From an uncultured Nitrospirota bacterium (lineage in GTDB: Bacteria; Nitrospinota; Nitrospinia; CAJXCL01), in contig CAJXCL010000006.1 in the NCBI GenBank assembly GCA_913051775.1, positions 7,447-71,446 on the forward strand: 64,000 nt of DNA, given 5' to 3'. A model generated the notes under the pieces. The model was given only the letters and a program-made list of their open reading frames with translations. It was not told where the DNA came from and did no database searches. This document shows, in pieces, positions 10,695-20,577 of the stretch. The position numbers were made by a program, and so were the translations under genes. Numbering within the stretch: the first letter of the stretch is position 1; the number at the start of each line of letters is the position of its first letter.

Positions 10695-11681
10695 TTACAA
10701 ATCTTTACGAATACATGCGATGCGCTTATTGATCTTCTCCTCAATTAGGTGTAAAAATTCCGGGCCGTGTAAGGATTTTTTTAAGTGAACAACGTAAGTT
10801 TCTTCTTCATGAAACGAAAGGTCTCGATCAATGTAGGTATTATTATATTTTTCGCATTCGAGCAGAATAACGTTTACAGGTGTTTCGAAAGAGTTACGAT
10901 AGATAGTAATAGTTTTCTCAAAAGTTTTAAAGGCATCGGGATCTGCCTTAAAAAGAATAGAGGACAGGGCGGTTTGTTCAATTAGGAAGTGGTGCGTTAG
11001 TTTGATTTGCTCCATCCAGCATTTTATGAATTGGCGGCTGGCAGGATTGTTCCTCATGAGAATAACCCCCGCGTTAATTGCTAAATAAGGAAGTGCTTTC
11101 TTGCATTTAACATAAGGATCTACCCCGATTCTAACATCATTCAACTTCCTTAAAGTTAGCGCCACATCGAAATCTTTTAAAAATATACTATGGAGCTGGC
11201 GCCACGCAAAGGCGTCTGCATCTAGAAAAATAATATTGCGGTCAGTTCTGGATAGACAATCAAGAAAACACGGCGCCTTTTGCGCCCAAATGTGACAGAT
11301 TCGTTTTTTGTAGTTTATAAATTTTTTCTTATCAATGATCCACGTTTTTTTTAATTGCCCGAAAAGCCTGAACCTTGTTTTTCGGGATAAGTATTTGAGT
11401 TGATCTGAAAAATTTTTATAAAAATATGAAAAGCACAAATTATCCACCCATTCACTTTTAAGCCACAGGGACTCTGGCCAAAAAATATAGTTAATGTTTT
11501 TATTTTTGCTGGAAAAGTCTTTAAGCAACAGGGAAGGTTTGGGGCTAACATCGTATAAGAATATTTGAGAGGAAGGATGAAGCGTTAAAAGGATTGTTGA
11601 ACTAATTTTGAAAAGCTTGAAATATTTTTCGTCCAAAAGATATAAAAAATCCGGTGTTTTATTAGTCATTGAACTTTCCAC
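10695..11681 (-). CDS. Putative nucleotide-diphospho-sugar transferase (GT-A fold)
   Basis: IIFLDADAF DxD motif, INAGVILM, EQTAL; start may be ATG at 11669. Confidence 0.6.
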   Translation of the reverse strand: MESSMTNKTPDFLYLLDEKYFKLFKISSTILLTLHPSSQIFLYDVSPKPSLLLKDFSSKNKNINYIFWPESLWLKSEWVDNLCFSYFYKNFSDQLKYLSRKTRFRLFGQLKKTWIIDKKKFINYKKRICHIWAQKAPCFLDCLSRTDRNIIFLDADAFAWRQLHSIFLKDFDVALTLRKLNDVRIGVDPYVKCKKALPYLAINAGVILMRNNPASRQFIKCWMEQIKLTHHFLIEQTALSSILFKADPDAFKTFEKTITIYRNSFETPVNVILLECEKYNNTYIDRDLSFHEEETYVVHLKKSLHGPEFLHLIEEKINKRIACIRKDL

Positions 11682-11844
11682 GGTTAATCGGTTTCTCTTT
11701 GTTTTTCTTTAGAATTATTGGATTATCTCATAAAAGAGCACTGAAGAAGCTTTTGGCTTTTAACCTCAGACCTTTTCCGATCTAGCGATTATGCGATTTT
11801 TTTAAATTGCAAATGAAAAGGGAAAAGCCTCTTTTGTGAGTACT

Positions 11845-14637
11845 TTAAATGATTTTAGGCTCCCATCCTTTTTCACGCGCAATTTTGAGTATTGCCGGAA
11901 GGATTGTTAAAGAGGCAATCATACAACATCCCACTCCTATGGTTAATAAAACACCAATACTGTAAATTCCTCTGTGTGAAGCGACCATAAGGCTGCCAAA
12001 GCCAATCATTGTAGTCAATGAGCTCATGATAACGGCTTTACCCGTGCTCTTGTATACCGGGGACACCGTACTGCCTACGTCAACTCTGTACCGGTGGACG
12101 ATATGGATACCGTTATCAACACCAATGCCAATAATGAGAGGCAGAATGACGAGATTTGCAAGATTAAATGGGAGGTCAAACAGTCCCATCAGGCCGAGAG
12201 TCCATAAAGTTCCGAGTGCCAATGGTAGAATGGCCAGGATAGCACAACGCCAATCCCTGAAAGATATCCAGACGAACGCCAAAATAGCTATTAATGCGTA
12301 AATACCCCCCTTGATGTATCCCTCCTTCATAAGACGACTGGATTCGCTCGCTGTTACTGCTGTGCCAGTAGCGTTGGGATCAATTGACCAGATATCTAAA
12401 ATAAACTTTTCCATTGGTTCTCTATCATAAATATTCGTTTTTGGAAATATCTGAAGGAGAAATTTTTTGGTTTTACCGATAAAACGTTCTTTAAGATTAT
12501 CAGGAATATCGCTAAGTATTATTTTTTTCGGATTAAGGGACTCTTTAAAAGTTTTCATTTTTTTATTAAAATCAGTAAATAGAATGGTTTGGTACTTATT
12601 CAAACTCTCTTCCACGAATGTTTTTTCTTGCCGCTTTGCTAAATAATTAAAATCAGAAATCAATTTTCTGATTTTTTTAATAGACTCGGCTTGAGGTTTG
12701 CGTTCTTCCTTCCAGCTATCTTTGTTTTCATTTCTCATTTTAAAATTAATTTTATTCAGGATATTGCTTAAACTATTTAAATCCACAGGGTTGCTGTCCT
12801 TGCTTGGAGTTGGAAATTTGCTGAATAAACGAGAAACCTTTTTAATGATATTTATTTTTTCTCCCTGTTGATCAGGTACGATAGAAGCGATACTACTTAC
12901 TACACTAACTGATGGAAGAGATTCGAGGTCTTTTTTTGTTGAAAGAACTTCATCAAATGAATTTACAATAATAGCTCCATACCAAGCGGATCTATCTGAA
13001 GTATTTAATATTTTCATCTCATACTCAACTGACTCTAAACCTGAGGCTTGAAGGTTCAGAATGTTGTAGTCAAAGCGGATATTTCTAATAAAAAAAATGG
13101 ATAAAAACGTGATAAAAAAACCCAAAAGAATTAAATTAATCGGTTTTTTCAGCAATAGATCAAAAAATGGGTGTACAGCCTTTTTTGACAGATCATAGTC
13201 GAATGCAAACTTTTTAGACAATTTTTGTATCCAATGAATATTTTTTAAACGCACCTTAATTATTATCATAGCCGGTAAAAGAATAATTGTGGCTATCAGG
13301 CAAATAATAATACCTGTTCCGGCTATAAAACCCAGTTCAGCAATGCCCTTGAAATCGGTAAAAATAGTTGCCATAAAAGCAAATGATGTAGTTATAGCCC
13401 CTGCAATAATTCCCTTCCCTGTCCCAATAAGTGAGTTGGTGATGGAAGCTGTCACATTGTTTCCAAGTTTTTGTTCTTCCTGAAACCTTGTAATGAAGTG
13501 AATGCCAAAATCTATGCCAAGCCCGATTAGAATAGTCGTAAAAACTACCGATAATATGTTTAAGTGACCAACAGTTAATGTGGTAAAACCAAGAGACCAG
13601 CATAGCGAAATAACTAATACAAAAACTGCGATAATTGGCAGGATGAATCTTTTTAAAGAAATAATAAAAAGGAGAGAGACACCTGCTAATGAAATTAAAG
13701 AGGCTTTGACCATATCATTACTTGTCGTCACCATCTCATCGGAAGCTAAAGCGGTGGGTCCGGTAACGCCGGCAATGACTCCAGGATGCTTTTCCTCTAA
13801 TTTTTTAATAAAATTTCGAGTAATCTTTATTGGGCCTACGGCCCTGGCAAAATCAGACTGACTTTCCTTCGGACTTACAAAAATATAATAAAACTTTTTC
13901 TCCTTTGAAGTGAGATACCCTTCTTCATCCATTTCTCCTTTTTTCTTAATAAGAAAATTATTCCAAACGGATGAAAAATCATTCTGAGCTTTTAAATGAC
14001 CCACCGTTTCTTCCAGAATGGATTCAACAAGTGTTAAATCTAATGGATTATCTATCTCCTTCTCATCACTTTTTTCATTTCCTCCAAAAAAATCCGAGAT
14101 TAACGTTCCAACCATGGCCTTGCTTATCTCCTTATTAACCTGCCTAAAAAAGGATTCAAGACCTGGATTTTTAATAAGACTGCCGATAAACGAGCTATTT
14201 GATTTTATTTTATTCTCTAAGGCATGAAGATCGTTTGGGCTGAGAAAGAGGAGTTTTTTGCTTTTAAAAAAATCTGCATCAATTTTATAAAAAACATCCT
14301 GAAATTTATCAGGATTGGAATGGAAAAAATGTGCAAGATCTTCTACAAAATCTTTTACTCTCTCATTGTTCGATCCTTCTATTGCTACAACTAACCCATC
14401 AGAATTCTTAAACTCCTCACGGAATTTTTGGTAGTCTTGATAGTACTTGGCATGAGGTGAAATGAGGTCATTCCTGTTGGTTAAATATTTAAGATTATCA
14501 ATAGTGTAATGTATAGATAATAGTGCAAGAAGAATTGAAAAGATTAGGATAAAGTAAGGATGTTTGCCAACAGAAGCTGAGATAGCTCCTAAAATCTTAT
14601 CCCTAAAATTTTTGTGGAATATTTGCATCGCTTGCAA
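11845..14637 (-). CDS. hpnN: MMPL/RND transporter, HpnN-like hopanoid transporter
   Basis: Duplicated GLGIDFGIH / GIGVDNGIH motifs, RFDYNILNLQ, 12-TM RND layout. Confidence 0.75.
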   Translation of the reverse strand: MQAMQIFHKNFRDKILGAISASVGKHPYFILIFSILLALLSIHYTIDNLKYLTNRNDLISPHAKYYQDYQKFREEFKNSDGLVVAIEGSNNERVKDFVEDLAHFFHSNPDKFQDVFYKIDADFFKSKKLLFLSPNDLHALENKIKSNSSFIGSLIKNPGLESFFRQVNKEISKAMVGTLISDFFGGNEKSDEKEIDNPLDLTLVESILEETVGHLKAQNDFSSVWNNFLIKKKGEMDEEGYLTSKEKKFYYIFVSPKESQSDFARAVGPIKITRNFIKKLEEKHPGVIAGVTGPTALASDEMVTTSNDMVKASLISLAGVSLLFIISLKRFILPIIAVFVLVISLCWSLGFTTLTVGHLNILSVVFTTILIGLGIDFGIHFITRFQEEQKLGNNVTASITNSLIGTGKGIIAGAITTSFAFMATIFTDFKGIAELGFIAGTGIIICLIATIILLPAMIIIKVRLKNIHWIQKLSKKFAFDYDLSKKAVHPFFDLLLKKPINLILLGFFITFLSIFFIRNIRFDYNILNLQASGLESVEYEMKILNTSDRSAWYGAIIVNSFDEVLSTKKDLESLPSVSVVSSIASIVPDQQGEKINIIKKVSRLFSKFPTPSKDSNPVDLNSLSNILNKINFKMRNENKDSWKEERKPQAESIKKIRKLISDFNYLAKRQEKTFVEESLNKYQTILFTDFNKKMKTFKESLNPKKIILSDIPDNLKERFIGKTKKFLLQIFPKTNIYDREPMEKFILDIWSIDPNATGTAVTASESSRLMKEGYIKGGIYALIAILAFVWISFRDWRCAILAILPLALGTLWTLGLMGLFDLPFNLANLVILPLIIGIGVDNGIHIVHRYRVDVGSTVSPVYKSTGKAVIMSSLTTMIGFGSLMVASHRGIYSIGVLLTIGVGCCMIASLTILPAILKIAREKGWEPKII

Positions 14638-14674
14638 CAGGAAAAATACTCCTTAAGCGGACTCATGGCGACAT

Positions 14675-14723
14675 TGTCGTGGTGAGCCTTCGGAGTGAGC
14701 TCAGTCGAACGCTTGCCGAACCA
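14675..14723. repeat. REP-like repeat (same family as 5346)
   Basis: tgtcgtggtgagccttcggagtgagctcagtcgaacgcttgccgaacca. Confidence 0.5.
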
Positions 14724-14922
14724 TCAAATTGCGGATTTCAGATTCTTGAAGAAAAATCTAAAGTTATTTATTCAGTTAATTCCACTTCCTTGTTGGTTCA
14801 AATCTCCCGGTAGAGGCTTCGAATCACGACTGCACTAACTTTTATGGCTTTTATTTTTTGAAAGCATTTAGCGAGTACCCCCCGTTGTTAGGTGGGATTA
14901 AGGGAGGGGTATATACTCTAAA

Positions 14923-15003
14923 TTGATTTCGACCATCCATGGTATCAACCCTTCGGGTGGTTTTTTTTAAGCCATCCAATTTTACCATCATGGCAAAATT
15001 GTG
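14923..15003 (-). repeat. Dispersed structured repeat, copy A (CACAATT...AGGGTTGA..GGATGG.CG family)
   Basis: Reverse complement cacaattttgccatgatggtaaaattggatgg..ccacccgaagggttgataccatggatggtcgaaatcaa matches 32201 and 41486. Confidence 0.7.
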
Positions 15004-15134
15004 AAGAATTTCAGTAGCTTGCTACGGGGAGCTTCAATATTTTGTTTGTCATAAGAAAAATTGGTGGAGCGAGCTTCTAAATAGTAAATCTTTTTATACT
15101 TACAGTGTAAGCTCTTCACGCGCTAGCATTACTT

Positions 15135-15348
15135 CACACTAATCCTCGGATTTCAACGCAAGCAGTGTTCTCACCTGTAGTCCCTAGTCAATCAACAGGG
15201 GGGGATTAATGAAATCTTCGATCTGGTTTTCTTTAATTATTTTTTCTTTGACAGCTTTCTTCAGAATCTTTGTAACCTTATAACGAAATTCTGAATTGGA
15301 TATGGGCTCTGGGATGGAATTCCAGACTCCCCAGAAAGTTAATTTCAT
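15135..15348 (-). pseudogene. N-terminal remnant of MBL-fold metallo-hydrolase
   Basis: MKLTFWGVWNSIPEP...then GTTGENTACVEIRG in a shifted frame (family consensus MKVKFWGVRGSIP..YGGNTSCVEV); stops, frameshift and truncation. Confidence 0.6.
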
Positions 15349-15509
15349 GCTAATTCCTCTAAATAGTAATTATTTAGAAACAAACTACATTATTTTTGTT
15401 ATATTTTCAAATATATTCTCAAGCTGGAAATTTAGTATTGGATGTTAAAAAGAGATTATTATAGTATAATTAAATTTCATAAAACTGTTCTTTTTAAAGG
15501 AGAAATGTC

Positions 15510-15680
15510 ATGGCAATTGATAAGGAACTGTTAGACATTTTAGCATGCCCGAAATGCAAAGGGGATATCTATCTCACAAAAGAAGGTAATGGCTTAATCT
15601 GTGATAAATGCAAATTAAAATATGAAATTAAAGACGATATTCCTATTATGTTAATCGATGAGGCAATTAAACTTAACTGA
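15510..15680 (+). CDS. Trm112/YcaR family protein (56 aa, not in ORF track)
   Basis: MAIDKELLDILACPKCKG..CDKCKLKYEIKDDIPIMLIDEA; AGGAG SD upstream. Confidence 0.92.
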   Translation: MAIDKELLDILACPKCKGDIYLTKEGNGLICDKCKLKYEIKDDIPIMLIDEAIKLN

Positions 15681-15695
15681 TAATTAATAAGAGAA

Positions 15696-16268
15696 ATGAA
15701 AACTAAAAAATTACTTAAAAAACTGTTGCTTTTGGTTTCGCTTTCTCTCATTATTTTAATTACGGTTTTTTTAATTAAAAATAGAAACAAACTTCCAAAA
15801 TCTTTTAATGTTGAGATTGTTAAAACCGGTATAAATGTAAGTATTGAAGATTTCCATTTAATTGAAGAGAAAGAGGGGGGGAAACAATGGGAGTTGAATG
15901 CCGATAAAGCTGAAGTTGTTAATTCCAAAGGAATTACACGTCTCAAAAATATCAAGATGAATTTTTTTCAAAAAAATGGAGATGAACTCTTTGTTTCTGC
16001 CGATAAAGGAATTATTCAGAATGGCAATAACAATATTGAGTTGATAGGAAATATTAAGGTTTCAAACCTTGATGGATATAGGTTAACAACAGAAAAGCTG
16101 AAATGGACGTCTGATAAAAAAACAATCCTAACCGATGACGAAATAGAAATCAGTGGTGCGGATTTGGATATTTTTGGGAAAAGAATGACAGTAGATGTGG
16201 AAAACGAAATTTTTGAAATATACGGCGGTGTTAGAGTCCTATATTATGAAATAAAAAATGGGGTTTAA
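15696..16268 (+). CDS. lptC: LPS export protein LptC
   Basis: Single N-terminal TM, WELNADKA, beta-rich; upstream of lptA/lptB. Confidence 0.85.
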   Translation: MKTKKLLKKLLLLVSLSLIILITVFLIKNRNKLPKSFNVEIVKTGINVSIEDFHLIEEKEGGKQWELNADKAEVVNSKGITRLKNIKMNFFQKNGDELFVSADKGIIQNGNNNIELIGNIKVSNLDGYRLTTEKLKWTSDKKTILTDDEIEISGADLDIFGKRMTVDVENEIFEIYGGVRVLYYEIKNGV

Positions 16269-16292
16269 AATCATCTTAATTAAGAAAGATTC

Positions 16293-16802
16293 ATGATAAC
16301 CTTTAACAAAATATCTAAAGTACTTTTAATCATTTGCATTATCTTCCCATCTCTTGGTGCTGCGGAAAAATTTTCAAAAGAAAAAAAAGACAACATCCCC
16401 ATAGAAATAACAGCGGAGAAGATGACTTCCGATCAAAAATCCAATAAAATTATTTTCATTGGAAATGTGGTCGCAAAACAGGATAAGCTAGTTATTCTTT
16501 CTGATAAGATGACAGTTTATAATAATAAGAAAGGCAGAAAATTAAGAAAAATTGTTGCCCAGGGAAATGTGAAAATTGAAAAAGGAGAAAGATTTGCTTC
16601 AGGGGACCGTGCAGTTTATATTGAAAAAGAAGAGAAAATTGTTTTAACGGGTAATCCTCATGCATGGGAAAAGGATAACGAAATTGTTGCGACAGAAATG
16701 ATTTTTTTATTAAATGAAGATAAATTTATAGTCAAAGGGAGTAAAGAAAAAAAAATAAAATTAACTTTATACCCTGACCAGAAAAACAAGAAGGATGAAT
16801 AG
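16293..16802 (+). CDS. lptA: LPS transport periplasmic protein LptA
   Basis: Signal peptide, PIEITAEKM, FIGNVVAKQ, LTGNP (OstA domain). Confidence 0.88.
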   Translation: MITFNKISKVLLIICIIFPSLGAAEKFSKEKKDNIPIEITAEKMTSDQKSNKIIFIGNVVAKQDKLVILSDKMTVYNNKKGRKLRKIVAQGNVKIEKGERFASGDRAVYIEKEEKIVLTGNPHAWEKDNEIVATEMIFLLNEDKFIVKGSKEKKIKLTLYPDQKNKKDE

Positions 16803-16830
16803 CTTTTTCTAAGTAGGAGGTTAAATAAGA

Positions 16831-17553
16831 TTGCAACTATTAAGAGCAATCAACCTTGTAAAGGAATATAAAAAAAGAAAAGTCGTAAATGGGATAAGTA
16901 TTGAAGTAAAAATGGGCGAAGTTGTAGGATTACTTGGTCCAAATGGAGCAGGTAAAACTACTTGCTTTTATATTATGGTGGGGCTTATCCGTCCTGAATC
17001 CGGTGAGGTTATTTATAATGGGAAAAAGTTGACATCGCTTCCTATGTATCAAAGGGCTCGGGAAGGAATAGGGTATCTTCCGCAAGAACCTTCTGTATTT
17101 CGTAAATTGACTGTTGAGGAGAATATCATGGCCATTTTAGAGACAAAAAAAGTTTCTAAATTAGAAATGAAAAAAAGAGCTCGATCTCTTTTAAAGGAAC
17201 TGAATATTTTGCATATCAAAAACACAAAAGCCTATTCTCTGTCCGGAGGTGAAAGGCGGCGAGTGGAAATTACTAGGGCTTTAGCCAGTTCGCCTTCTTT
17301 TATCTTGCTTGATGAACCGTTTGCTGGAATTGACCCCATTGCTGTGACTGATATCCAGGAAATTATTTCCAGATTGAGAGATAAAGGAATTGGTGTTTTA
17401 ATAACAGATCATAATGTCAAGGAAACTTTAAATATTACTGATCGGGCATATATAATTAATGAAGGAAAAATAATTGCTAAGGGACAGCCACAAACTATTG
17501 CAAATTGCGAGAAAGTAAAACAAATTTATCTTGGGGAACAGTTTTCGCTTTAA
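16831..17553 (+). CDS. lptB: LPS export ABC ATPase LptB
   Basis: [39 protein letters not shown]; TTG start. Confidence 0.96.
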   Translation: MQLLRAINLVKEYKKRKVVNGISIEVKMGEVVGLLGPNGAGKTTCFYIMVGLIRPESGEVIYNGKKLTSLPMYQRAREGIGYLPQEPSVFRKLTVEENIMAILETKKVSKLEMKKRARSLLKELNILHIKNTKAYSLSGGERRRVEITRALASSPSFILLDEPFAGIDPIAVTDIQEIISRLRDKGIGVLITDHNVKETLNITDRAYIINEGKIIAKGQPQTIANCEKVKQIYLGEQFSL

Positions 17554-17579
17554 TAGTTGTATAACGAAGGGTTGACGGT

Positions 17580-19007
17580 ATGGTATTAGAAATAAAATTG
17601 AATATGAAGGTGGCACATAGGATGGTAATGACGCCAATGCTTCAGCAGGCTATCAAGTTATTGCCTTTAGCTCGTTTGGAATTGGTACAAAAAGTCAGAC
17701 AGGAGTTAATAGAAAATCCTATGCTTGAAGAAGTGGTTTCTGAAGAAAATTCAGACGAAGAACAGGAAGAAGGATTTGTTGCCACTAAAAATGAGGAAGT
17801 GCAGCCCACAAAAGAAAATAATGATGAAAACCCTGATATCGATTGGGAAAATTTTATCCAGACTAATATTGATAGAGGTCTCTCGTCTGATGGTCTTACC
17901 GAACGCCCGTCTATTGAATCAACCCTGAAGAGTGAAATTTCACTTGGAGATCACCTGCTGTGGCAATTAATAATGGCCTCTGTTGATGAAAATGAAAAAG
18001 CTATAGGAACGGAGATTATTGGGAATATTAATGGTATCGGGTATTTAGAATGTTCGATAAATGTAATTGCAGAATCCCTTAAAGTGTGTGTTGAGAATGT
18101 TGAAAAGGTATTAAAATTAATCCAGTCTTTTGAACCACTCGGTATTGGTGCCAGAGGTTTACAGGAATGTCTCCTTATTCAGGCCAAAGCGTTGTCACCT
18201 GATAATAAACTTGTGGAAAGATTATTACAAAACCATATAAATCAGCTTGAAGAAAGATTTTTCCACAAAATTTCAAAAGAATTAGATGTTCCTGTCTCCG
18301 AAATCCTTAAAGCAATTAAACTTATCAAGGAGTTAAACCCCAAACCAGCATCACTATATAGCAGTGAAAGAGTTCAATATATTATTCCAGATGTTACAGT
18401 TGTTAAAAAAGACAACGAATACCGGGTATCCTTAAATGATGATGGAGTTCCCCTTATGAGAGTTAACCCGTTCTATCGAAAAATTCTAAAAAACGAAAAA
18501 CCTGACAATAGTGCGAAAGAATTCATGGAAGATAAATATCGGGCTGCCCTGTGGTTAATCAGAAGCATTGAACAGAGAAGGCAAACGATTTTAAAAGTTG
18601 CCACAAGCATTGTAAAATTCCAAAAAGATTTTTTTGATAGAGGATTGCCTTATTTAAAACCGCTGGTTTTAAGAAATGTAGCAGAAGATATAGAGATGCA
18701 TGAATCTACTGTAAGCCGTGTTACTACAATGAAATACATGCATACACCTCGCGGCATCATTGATTTTAAGTTCTTTTTTCATAGCGGTATTGAAAGCGAT
18801 GAAGGTGTTGCAACTTCTTCAGTTTTAATTAAGAATATGATTCAAGAGTTGATCAAAAAGGAGGATTCAAGCAGGCCAATTACTGATCAGCAATTAGTCC
18901 AGTCCTTAAAGAACAATCACGTTGAGATTGCAAGGCGTACGGTAAACAAATATCGTAAGGAATTGAAGATTTCTGCCGCCAGCAAGCGGAAAAGAATATA
19001 TGATTAA
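17580..19007 (+). CDS. rpoN: RNA polymerase sigma-54 factor
   Basis: MTPMLQQAIKLL, HESTVSRVT, RpoN box ARRTVNKYR. Confidence 0.97.
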   Translation: MVLEIKLNMKVAHRMVMTPMLQQAIKLLPLARLELVQKVRQELIENPMLEEVVSEENSDEEQEEGFVATKNEEVQPTKENNDENPDIDWENFIQTNIDRGLSSDGLTERPSIESTLKSEISLGDHLLWQLIMASVDENEKAIGTEIIGNINGIGYLECSINVIAESLKVCVENVEKVLKLIQSFEPLGIGARGLQECLLIQAKALSPDNKLVERLLQNHINQLEERFFHKISKELDVPVSEILKAIKLIKELNPKPASLYSSERVQYIIPDVTVVKKDNEYRVSLNDDGVPLMRVNPFYRKILKNEKPDNSAKEFMEDKYRAALWLIRSIEQRRQTILKVATSIVKFQKDFFDRGLPYLKPLVLRNVAEDIEMHESTVSRVTTMKYMHTPRGIIDFKFFFHSGIESDEGVATSSVLIKNMIQELIKKEDSSRPITDQQLVQSLKNNHVEIARRTVNKYRKELKISAASKRKRIYD

Positions 19008-19105
19008 ATGTTTCATGGATCCTAAGACCCATTGAAATGTATGTCCTTTTTTTATCCCTTCATTTTATCCGTATTTTTTATTTAAAAAATTAGGAGACAA
19101 CGTTA

Positions 19106-19657
19106 ATGAAAGTTTCGATAACCGGTCGTAAAATGGAAATGACAGAGGCACTGAATGAGCATATTAAAGAAAAGATCAGAGGAATTAAAAAGTTTTTAAA
19201 CGAAGTAAAAGATGTTCATATAGTGCTCTCAGTAGAAAAACACCGGCATTTTGCGGAAATTACACTCAATGCCAGCGGATATGTGATTCATTGTAAAGAA
19301 GAAACAAATAATATGTATTCAACTATTGATCAAGTTATTGGAAAGCTGACAAAACAGCTGAAAAAGCATAGGGACAAAATTATTACTTTGAAAAATAAAA
19401 AGAAATTGGGAGAGAGAGAAATAACCGGTTTCAGGTCAGACGTCTTGTCTTATGAAAAAGAAACAACAATGAGGGAAAATCCTCAGGTTATTAAATCAGT
19501 GAAATTTGATGCCAAACCTATATCTTTAGAAGAAGCAACTTTGGAAATTCGATCTACAAAAAACAATTTCTTGGTATTCAGAAATGCCTTGAATGAAAAA
19601 ATTAATATCCTCTATCATAGAAATGATGGGAACCTTGGACTAATTGATACAGATTAA
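19106..19657 (+). CDS. hpf: Ribosome hibernation promoting factor (long form)
   Basis: S30AE domain plus C-terminal FLVFRNA..YHRNDGNLGLID; follows rpoN. Confidence 0.92.
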   Translation: MKVSITGRKMEMTEALNEHIKEKIRGIKKFLNEVKDVHIVLSVEKHRHFAEITLNASGYVIHCKEETNNMYSTIDQVIGKLTKQLKKHRDKIITLKNKKKLGEREITGFRSDVLSYEKETTMRENPQVIKSVKFDAKPISLEEATLEIRSTKNNFLVFRNALNEKINILYHRNDGNLGLIDTD

Positions 19658-20121
19658 TGAAAATTAACGAAATATTAACTTTAGAAACAATTTTAGCGGA
19701 AGTTAAGGCAAATAACAAAGAAAATTCCATTGAGGAATTAGCCGAGTTTCTCTGTCAGAACCGTGCGATTGCTGATAAATCAGAATTAGTCCGTGTTCTT
19801 TTAGAAAGAGAAAAACTCGGTTCAACCGGTATCGGAGAAAATGTGGCAATTCCTCATGCTAAAATGAAGGGATTAAATCAAATCATTGCGGCATTTGGAA
19901 TTTCTAAAAATGGGGTCGAATTTGACTCTCTTGACCAGAAACCAGTAAATTTTATTTTCGTATTACTTGCTCCGGAAAACGCCACAGGAACTCATCTAAA
20001 AGCACTGGCAAGAATTTCCCGCCTGCTGAAAAACCAGGAACTTAAATCGAATCTTCTTAAAGCTTCCAACCGGGAGGATATTTATAATATTATTCTAAAT
20101 GAGGATTCTAAATTTCAATAA
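19657..20121 (+). CDS. ptsN: PTS IIA-Ntr
   Basis: REKLGSTGIGENVAIPHAK, HLKALARISRLL. Confidence 0.92.
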   Translation: MKINEILTLETILAEVKANNKENSIEELAEFLCQNRAIADKSELVRVLLEREKLGSTGIGENVAIPHAKMKGLNQIIAAFGISKNGVEFDSLDQKPVNFIFVLLAPENATGTHLKALARISRLLKNQELKSNLLKASNREDIYNIILNEDSKFQ

Positions 20122-20158
20122 TTCTGATACGTAATAAAATATTTAAAAGGAATTTAAA

Positions 20159-20572
20159 GTGTTTGGTGTTGTAGTAATTACTCATGAAAACTTAGGGGAA
20201 AAACTTCTTTCAACGGCGGAAACTATTGTGGGAAAGCTGGAAAATGTTGTTGCAGTCTCATTAGATTTTCCCCCCAAACCGGAAAGTACCAAAAAAGAGA
20301 TAGAGGAAGCTATTAAGAAGGTAGACAAAGGGAAAGGGGTTATTCTTTTAACTGACCTTTTTGGAGGAACTCCGTCCAATATCGCCATATCATTCCTGAA
20401 CCAAGATAATATTGAAGTGGTTTCGGGAGCGAATTTGCCCATGGCAATTAAAATACCTTTCTTGAAAAACCTTGATAACGTTCATGAAGCTGCAAAGATG
20501 CTTAAACAATATGGCCATGAAAGCATCTCTGTTGCCAGCCATCTTTTATCGGATAACGATAAAACTTCGTAA
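20159..20572 (+). CDS. PTS mannose/fructose-type IIA component
   Basis: VVITH, LTDLFGGTPSNIA, GANLPM. Confidence 0.9.
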   Translation: MFGVVVITHENLGEKLLSTAETIVGKLENVVAVSLDFPPKPESTKKEIEEAIKKVDKGKGVILLTDLFGGTPSNIAISFLNQDNIEVVSGANLPMAIKIPFLKNLDNVHEAAKMLKQYGHESISVASHLLSDNDKTS

Positions 20573-20577
20573 AAACC

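Noticed and set aside
15569-15955. 128-aa minus-strand ORF and the many other antisense or nested ORFs in the track
   Set aside because: Shadows of well-supported genes on the opposite strand or in another frame
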